Origin: Chthoniobacterales bacterium
Lineage (GTDB): Bacteria > Verrucomicrobiota > Verrucomicrobiia > Chthoniobacterales > Chthoniobacteraceae
DNA length: 64,000 nucleotides
Assembly: GCA_038207335.1 (NCBI GenBank)
Contig: JBBQZX010000003.1
Coordinates: 128,001-192,000 of the forward strand
Reading direction: 5' to 3'
Made by a program: the position numbers and the translations under genes. Below, piece by piece: positions 1-8,421 of this stretch. Within the stretch, counting starts at the first letter, position 1. The number at the start of each line of letters is the position of its first letter. The notes under the pieces are model-generated. The model did not search any database and was not told where the DNA came from. It worked only from the letters and a program-made list of their open reading frames with translations.

Positions 1-3000
1 CCGGCGAGAGTGAGGCCACCGGCACCGATGTTCACGATGGTGTCGGCGCTGTTCGCGCCGAGGCGATAGGTCGCGCCTCCACTGATGCTGAGCTGGTTCG
101 CCGTGATGCTTTGTCCGCTGCTGAGGTCCTGCAATCCAGCGGTGAAGGAGAGTGTGCCGCTGAGGTTGAGGTTGTTCACCGTCTGCAAGGTGGCGGTGTT
201 GATCGTGAGGTTCTTGAAGGCCTGGAAAAAATTCCCGCCAGTCCACGTTGCGCCTTGGTTGATCGTGACGCTTGTGTCCGGCGCGAATTGCCCCGCGGCG
301 GTCAACTGGAGGGTGCCGGCATTCGCGATGACGTCCCCACTGATGGCAGTGCCGCTGGTTTTCCCGAGCTGCAAGACGCCGGCGGTGATGGTGGTGAGGC
401 CGGTGAAGGTGTTGGGATCAGTGCCGCTGAGCAGCACGGTGCCGGCGCCAATTTTGGTGAGTCCGAAACCGGTGCCGATGATGGGCCCGCCGATCGTGAA
501 GGTGTTTGCTGTCGCATTGATCGCGACATTTCCCCCGAGGATGATCGGACTGTTGATCGCGCCGACCGCGCCTGCGCTATCGACGGCGTTGCCATTCCAG
601 ACCATTACGCGAGTGATATTCGTCCCCGTGGTCCCGCTGTAAAAGGCCGTGGTGCCGGCGCTGTAGGTGAAGGCTCCCGTGCCCTGCACGACCGAGGCGG
701 CTTCGATTTGCACCGAGCCGGCGGTGATGTCGAAGTCGCCAGGGGTGACCGTCGTTCCGACGATCGAGAATCGAGCGGCGCCAATTTTGGTGAGCTTGAA
801 GCCGGCGAGGTCGAGGGTTTCTCCGCCGCCGTTGGTGCGGATGTCGATGCGGTTCGTGCCGCCGATGGTGGCATTGCCCGAAAGCGTCAGGAAGCGCAGC
901 GATTGCAACTGATCGGCGGTGTTATTGACCAGCGCGCCGAGTCCGCCGACGCCAGTTCCCACAATGCGGATGACTTCCGAGCCGAGATTCTGGCCGCCAG
1001 TGGCGAGCGTGGCGCCGCTGAAGACGGTCGTATTCCCGGCGGTGGAGCCGAGCGCGGTGGCAGCACCGATACGGAGGGTGCCCGCGCTGATGACGATCGG
1101 GCCATCGAATGTGTTATTTGCCGCGATGGTGACTGTGTTCGTGCCGACCTTCGTGATGCCGCCACTGCCGCCGATGACATTCGCGACGTAAAAGTCGTCA
1201 GGGCGGGAGAGGACGAGCAGCGCGTTGTTGATGATCGGCCCGGAGCCGAACTGCCCCGCTCCGACGGTCGCTCCGTCGCCGAGTTGCAGCACGCCCGCGT
1301 TGATGCGCGTGACGCCGGAGTAGTCGTTTACCCCGCTGTTTGCGAGGACGAGGGTGCGCGCGCCGAGTTTCGTGAGGCCGGTGGTGCCGCTGAGTTTGCC
1401 CGGACCTGTGAAGAGGTAGTCGGCGGTCGGGTTGTTCACTGTCACCGCAGCCGGTGAGAGCGTGCTCGAGAGATTGACGACATTGCCGAGGACGCTCGGG
1501 TCATTGTCGAAAAGCACGGCATCGCTGCCGCCCGCGGTGCCTTCAATGTAGTTGGTGGCATTGCCGCTGCCGATTTCCTTCCAGTTCTGCGTGGCGGTGT
1601 CCCACGCGGAGCCGTTGGCCCCCGTCCAGCGCGGGTAGTCGATGGAGGCGATGTTCAAATCCACCGAGCTGTTCCCCGGGTTGTCCACGAGCGAAGCCGC
1701 AGCGCGCGGCGGGAGGATGAGATTGAGCGCTCCAAAGCCGGCGCCCCCGAGCGTCGTGTATTTGATGAGAGGGAAGCTTCCGGCGACCAAGTTCGCGCCG
1801 TTGAATGTCACGGTGACGCCGGAGTTCGGAGCGAAGGTGGCTGCAGTGATTACGGGTGCTGTCGCATTTCCCAGGATGCCGAAATCGAAGCTGAGGCCGG
1901 TGCTCCCGGCGTTGAGCGTGAGGGATGGCGCGCTGAAAGTCTGTCCTGCCGTGGCCACGCGGACTCCGAAACTCGCGCCGGACGCGACGGTGACCGAACT
2001 GCCGAAGGAGGCGGTATTCGTGAGGAGCCTTCCGGCGGAAACGGTCGTGGCTGCGGTGTAGGTATTCGCGCCATTGAGCACCCATGTGCCGGTGCCGTCT
2101 TTTGTGACGCCGAGCACATTTGTCGTGTTCTGGTCTTGGATCACGCCATTGGCCGTGCCATTGCCCGTACCGCTGAAAAGCGCCACCCGGCCGGCCATGT
2201 TGGGCGTGAGGTTGCCGTTGAGAGTGAGCGAGCCGCCGTTCAATAAAAAGCGCGTGCCGCCACCGCCGCTGGTAAGAGTGAAGTTGCCGTTGATGACGTT
2301 CGCTCCGGCTTCGTTGACGATCGCCGGTGCGTTGGGATTTCCGTTCAGCCCGTCGTTGCTCGTCGTGAAAGAAAATGATGCCGGGAGAATGATCGGACCG
2401 TTGCTCCCATCGAGACGCAGCAGCGGAGCGTTGTCCGTGCCTTGGTTCCCCACGATGGAGATCGTCTTGACGCCGCGTCCGAGCGAGTCGCTGCTCGTGA
2501 TTCGGATCGAGCCGTTGCTGTTACCCACCGAGACGTTGCCGGCGAAGGTATTCGTGCCGGTGAGCGTGAGGATGCCGGTCCCTGCTTTCGTCAGCGACCC
2601 AACCCCGCCGATGACGCTTGAGACCAGCACATTCGAGCCGTTCGTGTTTAAAGTGCCAGCGCCTGCCAGAGTCACGACGCGTCCGCTAATCGTGCTCGCA
2701 TTTCCGGCCGCCCAGCGGAGCGTGCCGCCGTTGAACGAGATCGGTGCGGACAAGTCGCCGATGTTGCCGAGATTGCTGAATTCAAGGATGCCGCCGTTGA
2801 CCGACAGCGTCCCGGTGAAGGTGTTGTTCGCCGTGAGAGTCCAAACGCTGGCACCCGACTTCGTGACTGAGGTCGCACCGCCGCTGTCACCGATCGAGGG
2901 ATTGAAAATATTCGCGCCCGTGTTCGTGCCCCCGATGGTCAGTGTGCGAGTGCCGCTTCCTGAAAATGCGACGGCACCGGTGTTTGAAAATGTAACGGGC

Positions 3001-3776
3001 GAGAGGCCGGAAGACTCGATCGCTCCGCCGAAATTCGTCACCGTGAACAGCCGGTCGGTCGAGACAGCAGCGCCCGTTGTCGTGCGGAACGTCCCTCCAT
3101 CGAGCACCAGATTGCTTGCCGCTGCGGACTGAGCGCCGACAGGGCTCGCCAGTCCGCCATTTGTCAAAGTCGGGACGACGAGCGCCACCGACCGGGCACT
3201 CAGCGCCCCGCCGATCGTAATGACACCTGTGTAGTCATTCGCCGTGTTGTTGAAATTTACGGTGCCCGTCGCCCCCGTGAGCGTCAGTCCTCCTGTGCCA
3301 TGGATCAGCGAGTCGAACGTGAAAATTCGCCCGGTTCCTGTCGTGGTATCGATCGTGGAATTCGCAGTCACCGTGAGCCCGCCCCCGAGCTTGGCCTCTT
3401 CCGGAACCGCCCCGGTGAGACTTTGACCGAGAAGACCTCCAGCGAGGATTAAGTTGTTCACGGTTGTCGGCCCCGCAGTTTTGAAACCGAAGGAGCCGCC
3501 TGCACTGATCGTCAGTGAGTCGCCGGCGAAAATCGCGCTCGTCGGATTCACTGGCGTGCGGAGCTGGAATGCCCCGGTGACGTAGTCGTTCCCAGCGCTC
3601 GGCGCCAGCCCATCCGACCAGTTGGTCCCGGTGTTGAATGAACTCACGCCGATGAGGTCATTGCCGGTTAAAAGCACGGTGGCCGCGATTCCTGCGCTGG
3701 CGAGAGCCGACGCAATCGTCGTGCTGAGAACGAACGTGGGACGTCGGGAAATGCGGGAGAGTTTGGACAATTTCAT
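1..3776 (-). CDS. Large secreted autotransporter-associated beta-strand repeat (PATR) protein, 3' end outside window
   Basis: Absent from the ORF track because it has no stop in the window. ATG at 3776 gives MKLSKLSRISRRPTFVLSTTIASALASAGIAA (signal-like). Repeated PATR units: VTKSGASVWTLTANNTFTG, LTKAGTGILTLTGTNTFAG, TKDGTGTWVLNGANTYTA, LTKLGARTLVLANSGVNDYSG, VTKVGTNTVTIAANNTFDG. Gly/Thr/Asn rich, >1250 aa. Confidence 0.9.
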   Translation of the reverse strand, partial: MKLSKLSRISRRPTFVLSTTIASALASAGIAATVLLTGNDLIGVSSFNTGTNWSDGLAPSAGNDYVTGAFQLRTPVNPTSAIFAGDSLTISAGGSFGFKTAGPTTVNNLILAGGLLGQSLTGAVPEEAKLGGGLTVTANSTIDTTTGTGRIFTFDSLIHGTGGLTLTGATGTVNFNNTANDYTGVITIGGALSARSVALVVPTLTNGGLASPVGAQSAAASNLVLDGGTFRTTTGAAVSTDRLFTVTNFGGAIESSGLSPVTFSNTGAVAFSGSGTRTLTIGGTNTGANIFNPSIGDSGGATSVTKSGASVWTLTANNTFTGTLSVNGGILEFSNLGNIGDLSAPISFNGGTLRWAAGNASTISGRVVTLAGAGTLNTNGSNVLVSSVIGGVGSLTKAGTGILTLTGTNTFAGNVSVGNSNGSIRITSSDSLGRGVKTISIVGNQGTDNAPLLRLDGSNGPIILPASFSFTTSNDGLNGNPNAPAIVNEAGANVINGNFTLTSGGGGTRFLLNGGSLTLNGNLTPNMAGRVALFSGTGNGTANGVIQDQNTTNVLGVTKDGTGTWVLNGANTYTAATTVSAGRLLTNTASFGSSVTVASGASFGVRVATAGQTFSAPSLTLNAGSTGLSFDFGILGNATAPVITAATFAPNSGVTVTFNGANLVAGSFPLIKYTTLGGAGFGALNLILPPRAAASLVDNPGNSSVDLNIASIDYPRWTGANGSAWDTATQNWKEIGSGNATNYIEGTAGGSDAVLFDNDPSVLGNVVNLSSTLSPAAVTVNNPTADYLFTGPGKLSGTTGLTKLGARTLVLANSGVNDYSGVTRINAGVLQLGDGATVGAGQFGSGPIINNALLVLSRPDDFYVANVIGGSGGITKVGTNTVTIAANNTFDGPIVISAGTLRIGAATALGSTAGNTTVFSGATLATGGQNLGSEVIRIVGTGVGGLGALVNNTADQLQSLRFLTLSGNATIGGTNRIDIRTNGGGETLDLAGFKLTKIGAARFSIVGTTVTPGDFDITAGSVQIEAASVVQGTGAFTYSAGTTAFYSGTTGTNITRVMVWNGNAVDSAGAVGAINSPIILGGNVAINATANTFTIGGPIIGTGFGLTKIGAGTVLLSGTDPNTFTGLTTITAGVLQLGKTSGTAISGDVIANAGTLQLTAAGQFAPDTSVTINQGATWTGGNFFQAFKNLTINTATLQTVNNLNLSGTLSFTAGLQDLSSGQSITANQLSISGGATYRLGANSADTIVNIGAGGLTLA

Positions 3777-3859
3777 GGATGTGTGACGGGGACGTTTGGC
3801 TGCCAAAATGCCGCGATCCGGGGAGAACCGCTCGGCAAAATGACAGTTGCGAAAGATAC

Positions 3860-3877
3860 GCAGAAATCGATCTCTGC
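3860..3877. promoter_or_regulatory. Palindromic operator candidate (LacI-like) upstream of the PATR gene
   Basis: GCAGAAATCGATCTCTGC, 8/9 symmetric around a central CG, about 85 bp upstream of the ATG. Confidence 0.35.
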
Positions 3878-3902
3878 AAATCGCGCGGCGTTGCGTTTGC
3901 CC

Positions 3903-5960
3903 TCAATACGCCCCGCTGATTTGCCACTCCTCGAGTAGGGCGCTGGGAATTTCGGCGAGGAAGCGGGAGGGGCGCTGGAGCATTTCGCCGTATCCGGCAT
4001 TCATGCGGAGGTGGGGGTAGGTGAGGTAAAGCTCATCCTTCGCGCGAGTCACGGCCACGTAGAAAAGTCGGCGCTCCTCCTCGATCGCATCGCTGCTTTC
4101 CAGCGAGCGCGAGGAGGGGAACATCCCATCCGCCAGCCAGATGACGAACACGACTTTCCACTCCAGCCCCTTCGCTTGGTGGACGCTGGAAAGTGTGACC
4201 ATTTCGTCGTCGGCGGCGCCCGCGGTGACGTCCGAGTCGAGGCTGGAGATGAGCGCGAGCTGGTCGAGGAATTCGGCGGCGCTCGTGTATTGCTTCGCGA
4301 AATTCGCGAGGGTCTGGAGGTCTTCGCGTCGCTGATCGTAGTTGGCGAATTCGGCCTTTGCGTAGTCTTCGTAGATCGCCTCGATCACGCTAGCGATCAT
4401 CTCGGCAGGCGGATTCGGCACGCCGCCGGGCGCGATTTCATCGAGAGTGTGGCAGAGCTGGTCCCAGCCCTTCTGGCTTTTCGCCGGGACTTTGAGCGGG
4501 CGCAGTTTGTCGATCGAAAACCCGATGGCTGCCGGCGGGGGGATGGGGTCGTCGTCAGTAGGAGCGTCCACTTTTTCCGCCGGAGGCGGCAGTTCGAAAA
4601 CGGCGCGCAAGGCATCCGCCCACATCAACTCGGCGGACCGCGCGCCGATGCCTGCGAGGAGGCGCACCATGCGCTTGAATGCAACCTCGTCGCGCGGGTT
4701 GACGACGTATTTCAAAAACGACGCGACATCCTTGATGTGCGTCTGCTCGAAGAACCGCAGGCCGCTCGTGAGCTGGAACGGGATGCCGTGCCGCGTGAAT
4801 TCCATCTGCACCTCCATCGAGTGGTAGTGAGCGCGGTAGAGGACGGCGATTTCGTCGAGCTCGATGCCCTCCTCGCGCAGGTCGAGCACGCGCTGGGCGA
4901 TGAATGCGGCCTGCTGATTCGAGTCGCCGAGGGGGACGAGGCCGGGTTTCATCGCGGCGGCGGGACGCGCGGAGATGAGTTCCTTCTTGAATTGGTGAAT
5001 GTTCGCCGCGATGGCGGCGTTCGCGACTTCGAGGATGTCCGGGACGCTGCGGTAGTTGATCTCGATTTTGTGCACCTGCGCGCCGGGATAGCGGCGCGGA
5101 AAATCGAGGATGTTTTTGAAATTCGCGCCGCGCCACGAGTAGATCGATTGCGCGTCGTCGCCGACGACCATGATATTTTTGTGATACGCGCCGAGGATGT
5201 CGATGAAGTCCGCCTGGAGGTGGTTCGTGTCCTGGTATTCATCGACGAGGACGAACTGGAACTGCCGCTGGTAGCGCTCACGGATGGCCTCGTGGGTCTG
5301 GAGCAGGCGCAGCGTTTTCTCGAGCAGGTCGTCGAAATCGAGCGAGTTGGCCTCGCGCTTTTTTGCCTCGTAACGCTTTTGGGCTTCGAGGATCTGCGGC
5401 GCGAATTCGAGGAAGTGGGGATATTTCTCGACGAGCACTTCGTCGATGGCGCGGCCTGTATTCAGTGAAAAACTGAACACGTCGGCGAGCACTTCGCCTT
5501 TCGGGAAGCGCTTGTCTTTCGTGTTGATGCCGAGCCGCGCGATGACTGCGTCGAGCAGGTCCTGCTGGTCCTCGCGGTCCATGATCGAGAAGCCGGGGGC
5601 GAAGCCGGCTTCGTTCGGATGGCGGCGCAGGATGCGATTTCCGATCGAGTGGAACGTGCCGCCCCACAGCCCCGCGATGTCGTTGGGCAGAAGGTTCGCG
5701 ACCCGCTCGAGCATTTCGCGCGCGGCTTTGTTCGTGAAAGTCAGCAGCAGAATGCTCTGCGGCATGACGCCATTTTCGATGAGATACGCGACGCGATAAG
5801 TCAGCGTGCGCGTCTTCCCGCTGCCCGCTCCGGCGATGACGAGCGCCGGTCCCGGTGGCGCGGTGACGGCGGCGTGTTGCTGCTCGTTGAGTTCGCTTTT
5901 GAAGTCGATGCGCGGCCCCGCGGGCGCAGCGTGGCGATCGAGCGAATACTGGCGGGCCAT
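3903..5960 (-). CDS. UvrD/PcrA/Rep family ATP-dependent DNA helicase
   Basis: AGAGSGKT Walker A, LTFTNKAA, VDEYQDTN, VGDDAQSIYSWRGA, NYRS, HQAKGLEW, EERRLFYVAVTRAK. Confidence 0.95.
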   Translation of the reverse strand: MARQYSLDRHAAPAGPRIDFKSELNEQQHAAVTAPPGPALVIAGAGSGKTRTLTYRVAYLIENGVMPQSILLLTFTNKAAREMLERVANLLPNDIAGLWGGTFHSIGNRILRRHPNEAGFAPGFSIMDREDQQDLLDAVIARLGINTKDKRFPKGEVLADVFSFSLNTGRAIDEVLVEKYPHFLEFAPQILEAQKRYEAKKREANSLDFDDLLEKTLRLLQTHEAIRERYQRQFQFVLVDEYQDTNHLQADFIDILGAYHKNIMVVGDDAQSIYSWRGANFKNILDFPRRYPGAQVHKIEINYRSVPDILEVANAAIAANIHQFKKELISARPAAAMKPGLVPLGDSNQQAAFIAQRVLDLREEGIELDEIAVLYRAHYHSMEVQMEFTRHGIPFQLTSGLRFFEQTHIKDVASFLKYVVNPRDEVAFKRMVRLLAGIGARSAELMWADALRAVFELPPPAEKVDAPTDDDPIPPPAAIGFSIDKLRPLKVPAKSQKGWDQLCHTLDEIAPGGVPNPPAEMIASVIEAIYEDYAKAEFANYDQRREDLQTLANFAKQYTSAAEFLDQLALISSLDSDVTAGAADDEMVTLSSVHQAKGLEWKVVFVIWLADGMFPSSRSLESSDAIEEERRLFYVAVTRAKDELYLTYPHLRMNAGYGEMLQRPSRFLAEIPSALLEEWQISGAY

Positions 5961-5972
5961 GCAACGTCGACG

Positions 5973-6893
5973 CTACTTCGCGGGTGCGAGCAGCTCGTTC
6001 AACACACGTGCGACGCGGTATCCGGCGAGGGCGATTTGGCGCTCGGCGATGTCGCGGGCGACGTGCGCAAATTCCGGCGTCAGCGTGATGACGTGCGTGT
6101 TGTCGCTCGGGTCGGCGTCGGCGGGATACGCGGATTTGCAACCGATCGCGTGGCTCTCGCGAGCCCACGATTCCGGCGTCTGGTCTTTCGCCAAATCGGG
6201 CAGCGACTCCGCCGGAAAACGCGCCGCGATTTTCGCCGCCTCAATCGCGATGATCCCTTCTCCCGGTGCGCTCGGACGCTCCACTTCATACGGCGCTTCC
6301 CATTCCTGACCGATGCGGCCGTCTCGTAAATCGAAGCGATACGACTTGTCCCAAAACGCGTGAAGATTCGGAATCGTGCCCGGCCAGAGGTCGGTGAAAG
6401 GCACGCCGTGAATCAGCACGCCATTGCCGCCGCGGTCGTCGCGATCGGTTGCGTGCAGCGGCTGATGCACGTCGCCGATGAGATGCATGAGCATGGCCAG
6501 CGCCTGCGAATCATCTGCCACGGCTGATTCGCGGCTCTTCAGCTTTTCCATCGCCTGCCCGATCGCCCACACGACATTCGGCGGTTCGGGTATCTCGACC
6601 GGCGTCGCGGCGTCGGAGCAGGGGAGCGTGACGTAGTGCCATTTCGCCCACGCGTAGCCTTTTTTCGAGCGCATGTCGTCCATCCACGCCCCGGCGGTGA
6701 CAAAGTTGTAGGGCTTGTGCTGGTTGTAGCTGTCGTCGAGTTGCGGCAGCAGCGCGGCGACCCGCTCGCGCACCTCCGGCTTCAAGTGCTCCCACGCGAT
6801 TTGATCGACGAGCATGTGCCCGGCGGCGTCCCAAGCGTGCGAGGTGGCGGTGAGAAAAAGCGCGACGAGCGCGACGAAGCGAGTGCGGTTCAT
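5973..6893 (-). CDS. Secreted S1/P1 nuclease
   Basis: Signal peptide, then WDAAGH, WMDD, WHY, HLIGDVHQPLH, DRGGN and NLHAFWD zinc-ligand motifs. Confidence 0.92.
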   Translation of the reverse strand: MNRTRFVALVALFLTATSHAWDAAGHMLVDQIAWEHLKPEVRERVAALLPQLDDSYNQHKPYNFVTAGAWMDDMRSKKGYAWAKWHYVTLPCSDAATPVEIPEPPNVVWAIGQAMEKLKSRESAVADDSQALAMLMHLIGDVHQPLHATDRDDRGGNGVLIHGVPFTDLWPGTIPNLHAFWDKSYRFDLRDGRIGQEWEAPYEVERPSAPGEGIIAIEAAKIAARFPAESLPDLAKDQTPESWARESHAIGCKSAYPADADPSDNTHVITLTPEFAHVARDIAERQIALAGYRVARVLNELLAPAK

Positions 6894-8365
6894 AGTTTGC
6901 GAATTTTGATCCCACGGAGCGCCGCGCGTGTGCGATACGCGGCGATGCCGAAGGGCGCGGACAGCTCGATCTCGCCGTGCCGCAGCGTGACTTTGCTGCC
7001 GGAAATATCAACGTTCACGACCTGCTCGTCGCCGATCCAAGCCGCGAGTTTTCCCGGCGTTACGCGCAGCCGGATGCGATACCATTTTCCACTCTCGAAG
7101 CGCATCGTCTGCGTCGTGGAATTCTCCGACGCGTCCTCCCCGTCGATGCTCGAGATGCCGACGAGCGCGCCGCCCCAGCCGCCGACCACCAGCGTGCAGT
7201 GCGAGTCGCCGACCGGCACCGTGAGCCCGCAGAAAAAGTCGCTGCCTTCGACACGCTTCGCCTCCAACTCGACTTCGTAATTCGTTTTCGGCGTCTCGCC
7301 CCTGTAATTCACCCCAGTCAGATCGTTACCCGGCTCAAGCACGATCGCGCCATTTTCCACAGCCACATCTCCCGCGCCGGAGAACCCCGTCGCCATCCAT
7401 CCAGTCAGCGTTTTTCCATCGAAAAGCTCCTCGGATTTCGTCGAACCGGGCGCGTTGAAAACCTCGCGCAATTGCGCGAGAATCGGCGGCACCGCAGTCC
7501 ACGGATCGGGCTTGGATTCATACTCGAGCGCCACCCAGCCCTGATAATTCGCTTCGCGCAAAATCTGCGCGATGCGCGCGTAATCCGTCGGCTGCTCCTC
7601 CGCCGCGCCCGCCGGTTTGATCACCGGCTTGATCTGCACATTCACCGCAAACGGTGCGCACTCCGCGAGCGACGCATACGGATCGGCCGTGTGAAAATTC
7701 CCCGTGTCGAGATTGATCCCAAACCACGGACTCTTCACCGCCCTCACGATTTCCAGCAGTACCGCAGGCTCCGCCACGATGCCGCCGTGGTTTTCCAGCC
7801 CGAGGAAAATGCCCCGCGAACCCGCATAGGCACAGCATTCCTCGATCGCCTCGACGCAAAGTTTCACCGCCTCGTCGTGCGCCGTTTCTTTCGGTGGCGC
7901 TCCCGCAAAAATCCGAATGTGTGGCGCGCCGAGCGTCGCCGCATAGCCGATCCACGTCTTCACCGAAGCGATCTCTTTGTCCCGCGCCTCGCCTTTCGGC
8001 AGCGCGAAATTATTCCCTACCGACGTCCCGCTGATCTCCACTCCGCGCAGAAACGCGTGCCGCCGCACCTCGCGCAGATACTCCTCCGTGAGCTCTTTAG
8101 GAAAGTAGTAGCTCGTGAGCTCCGCGCCCGCGCAGCCTTGATCCGCGCAGTAGTCGATGAAATCGAGAATGTCGATCTGCCGTTCAGCCGCCGCTTGCCG
8201 CGGACGATTCGAGTCCTTGAAAAAATCGCGAAACGAATACGCCGCGAGACTAAGGTTGAGGCGGGCAGCGCCGCCGCGTTTGAAGGGCTCGATCGCGAGC
8301 GCTCGCGACGCGATGAGCGCGCCACCGGTGAGCCGAATGAAATGCCTGCGGGAGAAGGGAATCAT
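6890..8365 (-). CDS. Tat-exported xylose-isomerase-like TIM barrel fused to C-terminal DUF1080 domain
   Basis: SRRHF Tat motif. LENHGG, INLDTGNF and LEYE barrel motifs. C-terminal LFDGKTLTGW...NYEVELE DUF1080. Start reassigned to ATG 8365. Confidence 0.85.
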   Translation of the reverse strand: MIPFSRRHFIRLTGGALIASRALAIEPFKRGGAARLNLSLAAYSFRDFFKDSNRPRQAAAERQIDILDFIDYCADQGCAGAELTSYYFPKELTEEYLREVRRHAFLRGVEISGTSVGNNFALPKGEARDKEIASVKTWIGYAATLGAPHIRIFAGAPPKETAHDEAVKLCVEAIEECCAYAGSRGIFLGLENHGGIVAEPAVLLEIVRAVKSPWFGINLDTGNFHTADPYASLAECAPFAVNVQIKPVIKPAGAAEEQPTDYARIAQILREANYQGWVALEYESKPDPWTAVPPILAQLREVFNAPGSTKSEELFDGKTLTGWMATGFSGAGDVAVENGAIVLEPGNDLTGVNYRGETPKTNYEVELEAKRVEGSDFFCGLTVPVGDSHCTLVVGGWGGALVGISSIDGEDASENSTTQTMRFESGKWYRIRLRVTPGKLAAWIGDEQVVNVDISGSKVTLRHGEIELSAPFGIAAYRTRAALRGIKIRKL

Positions 8366-8421
8366 CGCGGCATCTTGCGAAGCCCCGCGCCATGTGCAAT
8401 CGCGAAACCCGCCCGCGACGT

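Noticed and set aside
85..3426. Long plus-strand ORFs (111-1457, 2074-3132 and others)
   Set aside because: Antisense shadows of the minus-strand PATR gene, which the ORF track missed because it has no stop in the window
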